This document shows, one piece after another, positions 62,288-64,000 of a DNA stretch of 64,000 nt. The DNA is from Macrostomum lignano. Its lineage: Eukaryota. The translations under genes were made by a program, and so were the position numbers. The stretch covers positions 222,678 through 286,677 of the forward strand of contig NIVC01000225.1 in the NCBI GenBank assembly GCA_002269645.1, given 5' to 3'. The stretch's first letter is position 1. Every line of letters starts with the position of its first letter. The notes under the pieces were generated by a model. The model worked only from the letters and a program-made list of their open reading frames with translations. It made no database searches and was not told the DNA's origin.

Positions 62288-64000
62288 GTGGTCATCTGAA
62301 ATAGGCAGTATATGTATGCAATTTATTTTAAAAAGTGTTGTTAAACTTTATATATTTGTACACCCTGGCGCACTTTAAGCGACATAAGCACACAACCAGT
62401 GAGAGGCATTATTGCCCATTCCGCCGGCTCCCCTGAGCAGGCATACAAGCGCGGATACATATGCAGGCACACACTCACACAGGAGTGTACAGCCACCCTA
62501 ACTTTATTTTATTGTTAGGCATGTACACTTCACTGCGCCTTGGGGGTTTGGCTCTCAAGGCCATTAATTGCACAAGCAGAGCCAAGCCAAGATTCCAATT
62601 CAGCCACAAATTAATGTGACTACACTTGGAATTGAGCCTAGGTCACTGGCCCACCAGAGCAGCTGCGCTACCTCTGGGCTATGGCCCCCTGGTAGTACTC
62701 GTACAAGTTATTAAAGATTTAAATCAGTTAACCAAGAAACTCTAAATATTATATAAAATGCTAACATGAAATAGCTACATTTATAAATAATAGATAGACA
62801 GTATGCTTTGTATATATTAAAAACTCATGATAGGTGGCCCACTAAATATTTATCAAACCAAAACAAAAAATAGTAACTTCATATCAAGTATGCCTAATGT
62901 TTTTGTAGAGATGCTAGTAAATCTTGACCTTTCAAATTGCATCCTGAAGTGGAAATTTAGATATGATATTATTTCTTGTTTCTTCCTTTTATTTTGGGTT
63001 AAAAAATTGCATCCTGAAATTAGACCTTGGATGCAGTTTTGAATTCTAGTGCCAGCAAAAATTAGAACAGAATATCAATTTAGACTCATTAGGTTGATAC
63101 TGGTTTATTTAATAAACTGGCTTTACTAATAAGTTTTGTACATCCCAGGCTAGGCCTAAGACTGACACCAAAATCAAGCAGTTCTTTGTTGACTGATAGG
63201 TAAGAATTCAATTTCCATGCAATAATTATTCTGATAGGAATTATGCCTAACTCTAATCATTTGTAAATTTTAATCAGTGGAGTATTGTAGGGGCCTATAT
63301 AGTCCAATAATATTATTTATAATTCCTATGAATAAAAAATCACATACAGTACTGAATAAGAAATGAGATAAGGTAAAGTAGTATACGGAAAATTAGCAAC
63401 TTTAATAAAAGATTCTATAATTAAATTAGCTAATTATCATTAGTAGCTAGACCATTAGCTATGCTTTGCTATTGCATTTATCTCCTTCTAACATCAAACT
63501 TCTTATGGTATATTTAAGGCCGCCAAAATATAGATGTAAAATAAAATTCAGTCAAACAGAAAGATGCGTTGTATCACCGTGAAGTTTCATATACCTAGCT
63601 GCCTGACCCTGACACAGCTTAGTGAAAAAAACAACCCCCATTGATCGGCATGATTGAGCATGCAGCAAATTATTCAAAAATATACGATTTTAACGATACG
63701 TATTAACAAAATAAAACTGTAAAAAAACGAGCCTTACTTTTTCCCTTACTTTTTTTCAGTGTTATAAAAATCATTCAATCTACGTTATTATATAGTAATG
63801 CAGCATAGAAACGTCAAATTTTGGGTTCCATAATGACTTAAGTTTGACGTTGATTTTTCAACCTACTTTCAACGTATATTTTACGTTGCTTCTTTGCTAT
63901 TTTACAGGTATAATTGAGCTAGCCAAAATGATGACTACAAATGCATATTGACTCTGGCATCTAATTATGCAAAAATAAACTACAAAATCAACGAAGACGG

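Larger units (their letters stand above)
45851..62390. repeat. Giant near-perfect inverted repeat: arms 45851-54062 and 54178-62390, spacer 54063-54177
   Basis: Mirror coordinate sums are 108240-108242 for all paired ORFs. The only differences I noticed are one CA unit and a 1-bp A-run indel. Confidence 0.97.
56435..62390 (-). mobile_element. EnSpm/CACTA-type transposon, right (inverted) copy, truncated at 62390
   Basis: Mirror of the left copy; unrelated sequence follows 62390. Confidence 0.7.

Overview
Eukaryotic (metazoan) genomic DNA. GC3-rich exons, many introns of only 37-81 bp and very dense, unrelated mini/microsatellites suggest a free-living flatworm such as Macrostomum; this is inferred from sequence style, not from a search. 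Manual splicing gives: (1) three tandem 3-exon insulin-like peptide (ILP) genes on + (3844-4330, 6135-6838, 12050-13798). All have conserved intron phases and an 8-Cys framework with both extra Cys in the A domain. (2) A 9-exon, 1024-aa Na+/K+-ATPase alpha-like P2C pump on - (17940-27452) with substitutions at normally near-invariant sites (TGDGVND->TGDGVSD, QWAD->QWAN, no KETYY tail). (3) A single-ORF neuropeptide precursor (28797-29333) with 12 amidated W-x-RGSRL-type peptides. (4) A 14-exon, ~1514-aa secreted protein on - (33841-41586): signal peptide, 3 VWA domains, CXCXC/TIL/other Cys-rich modules and a KKEKKE tail. (5) A near-perfect palindrome (arms 45851-54062 and 54178-62390, 115-bp spacer). 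Each arm carries an EnSpm/CACTA-type transposase, a spliced accessory ORF and a decayed LINE RT fragment. The left arm sits in a 21-bp minisatellite with templated-looking junctions. Most long ORFs in the supplied track are artefacts of tandem repeats or antisense shadows.
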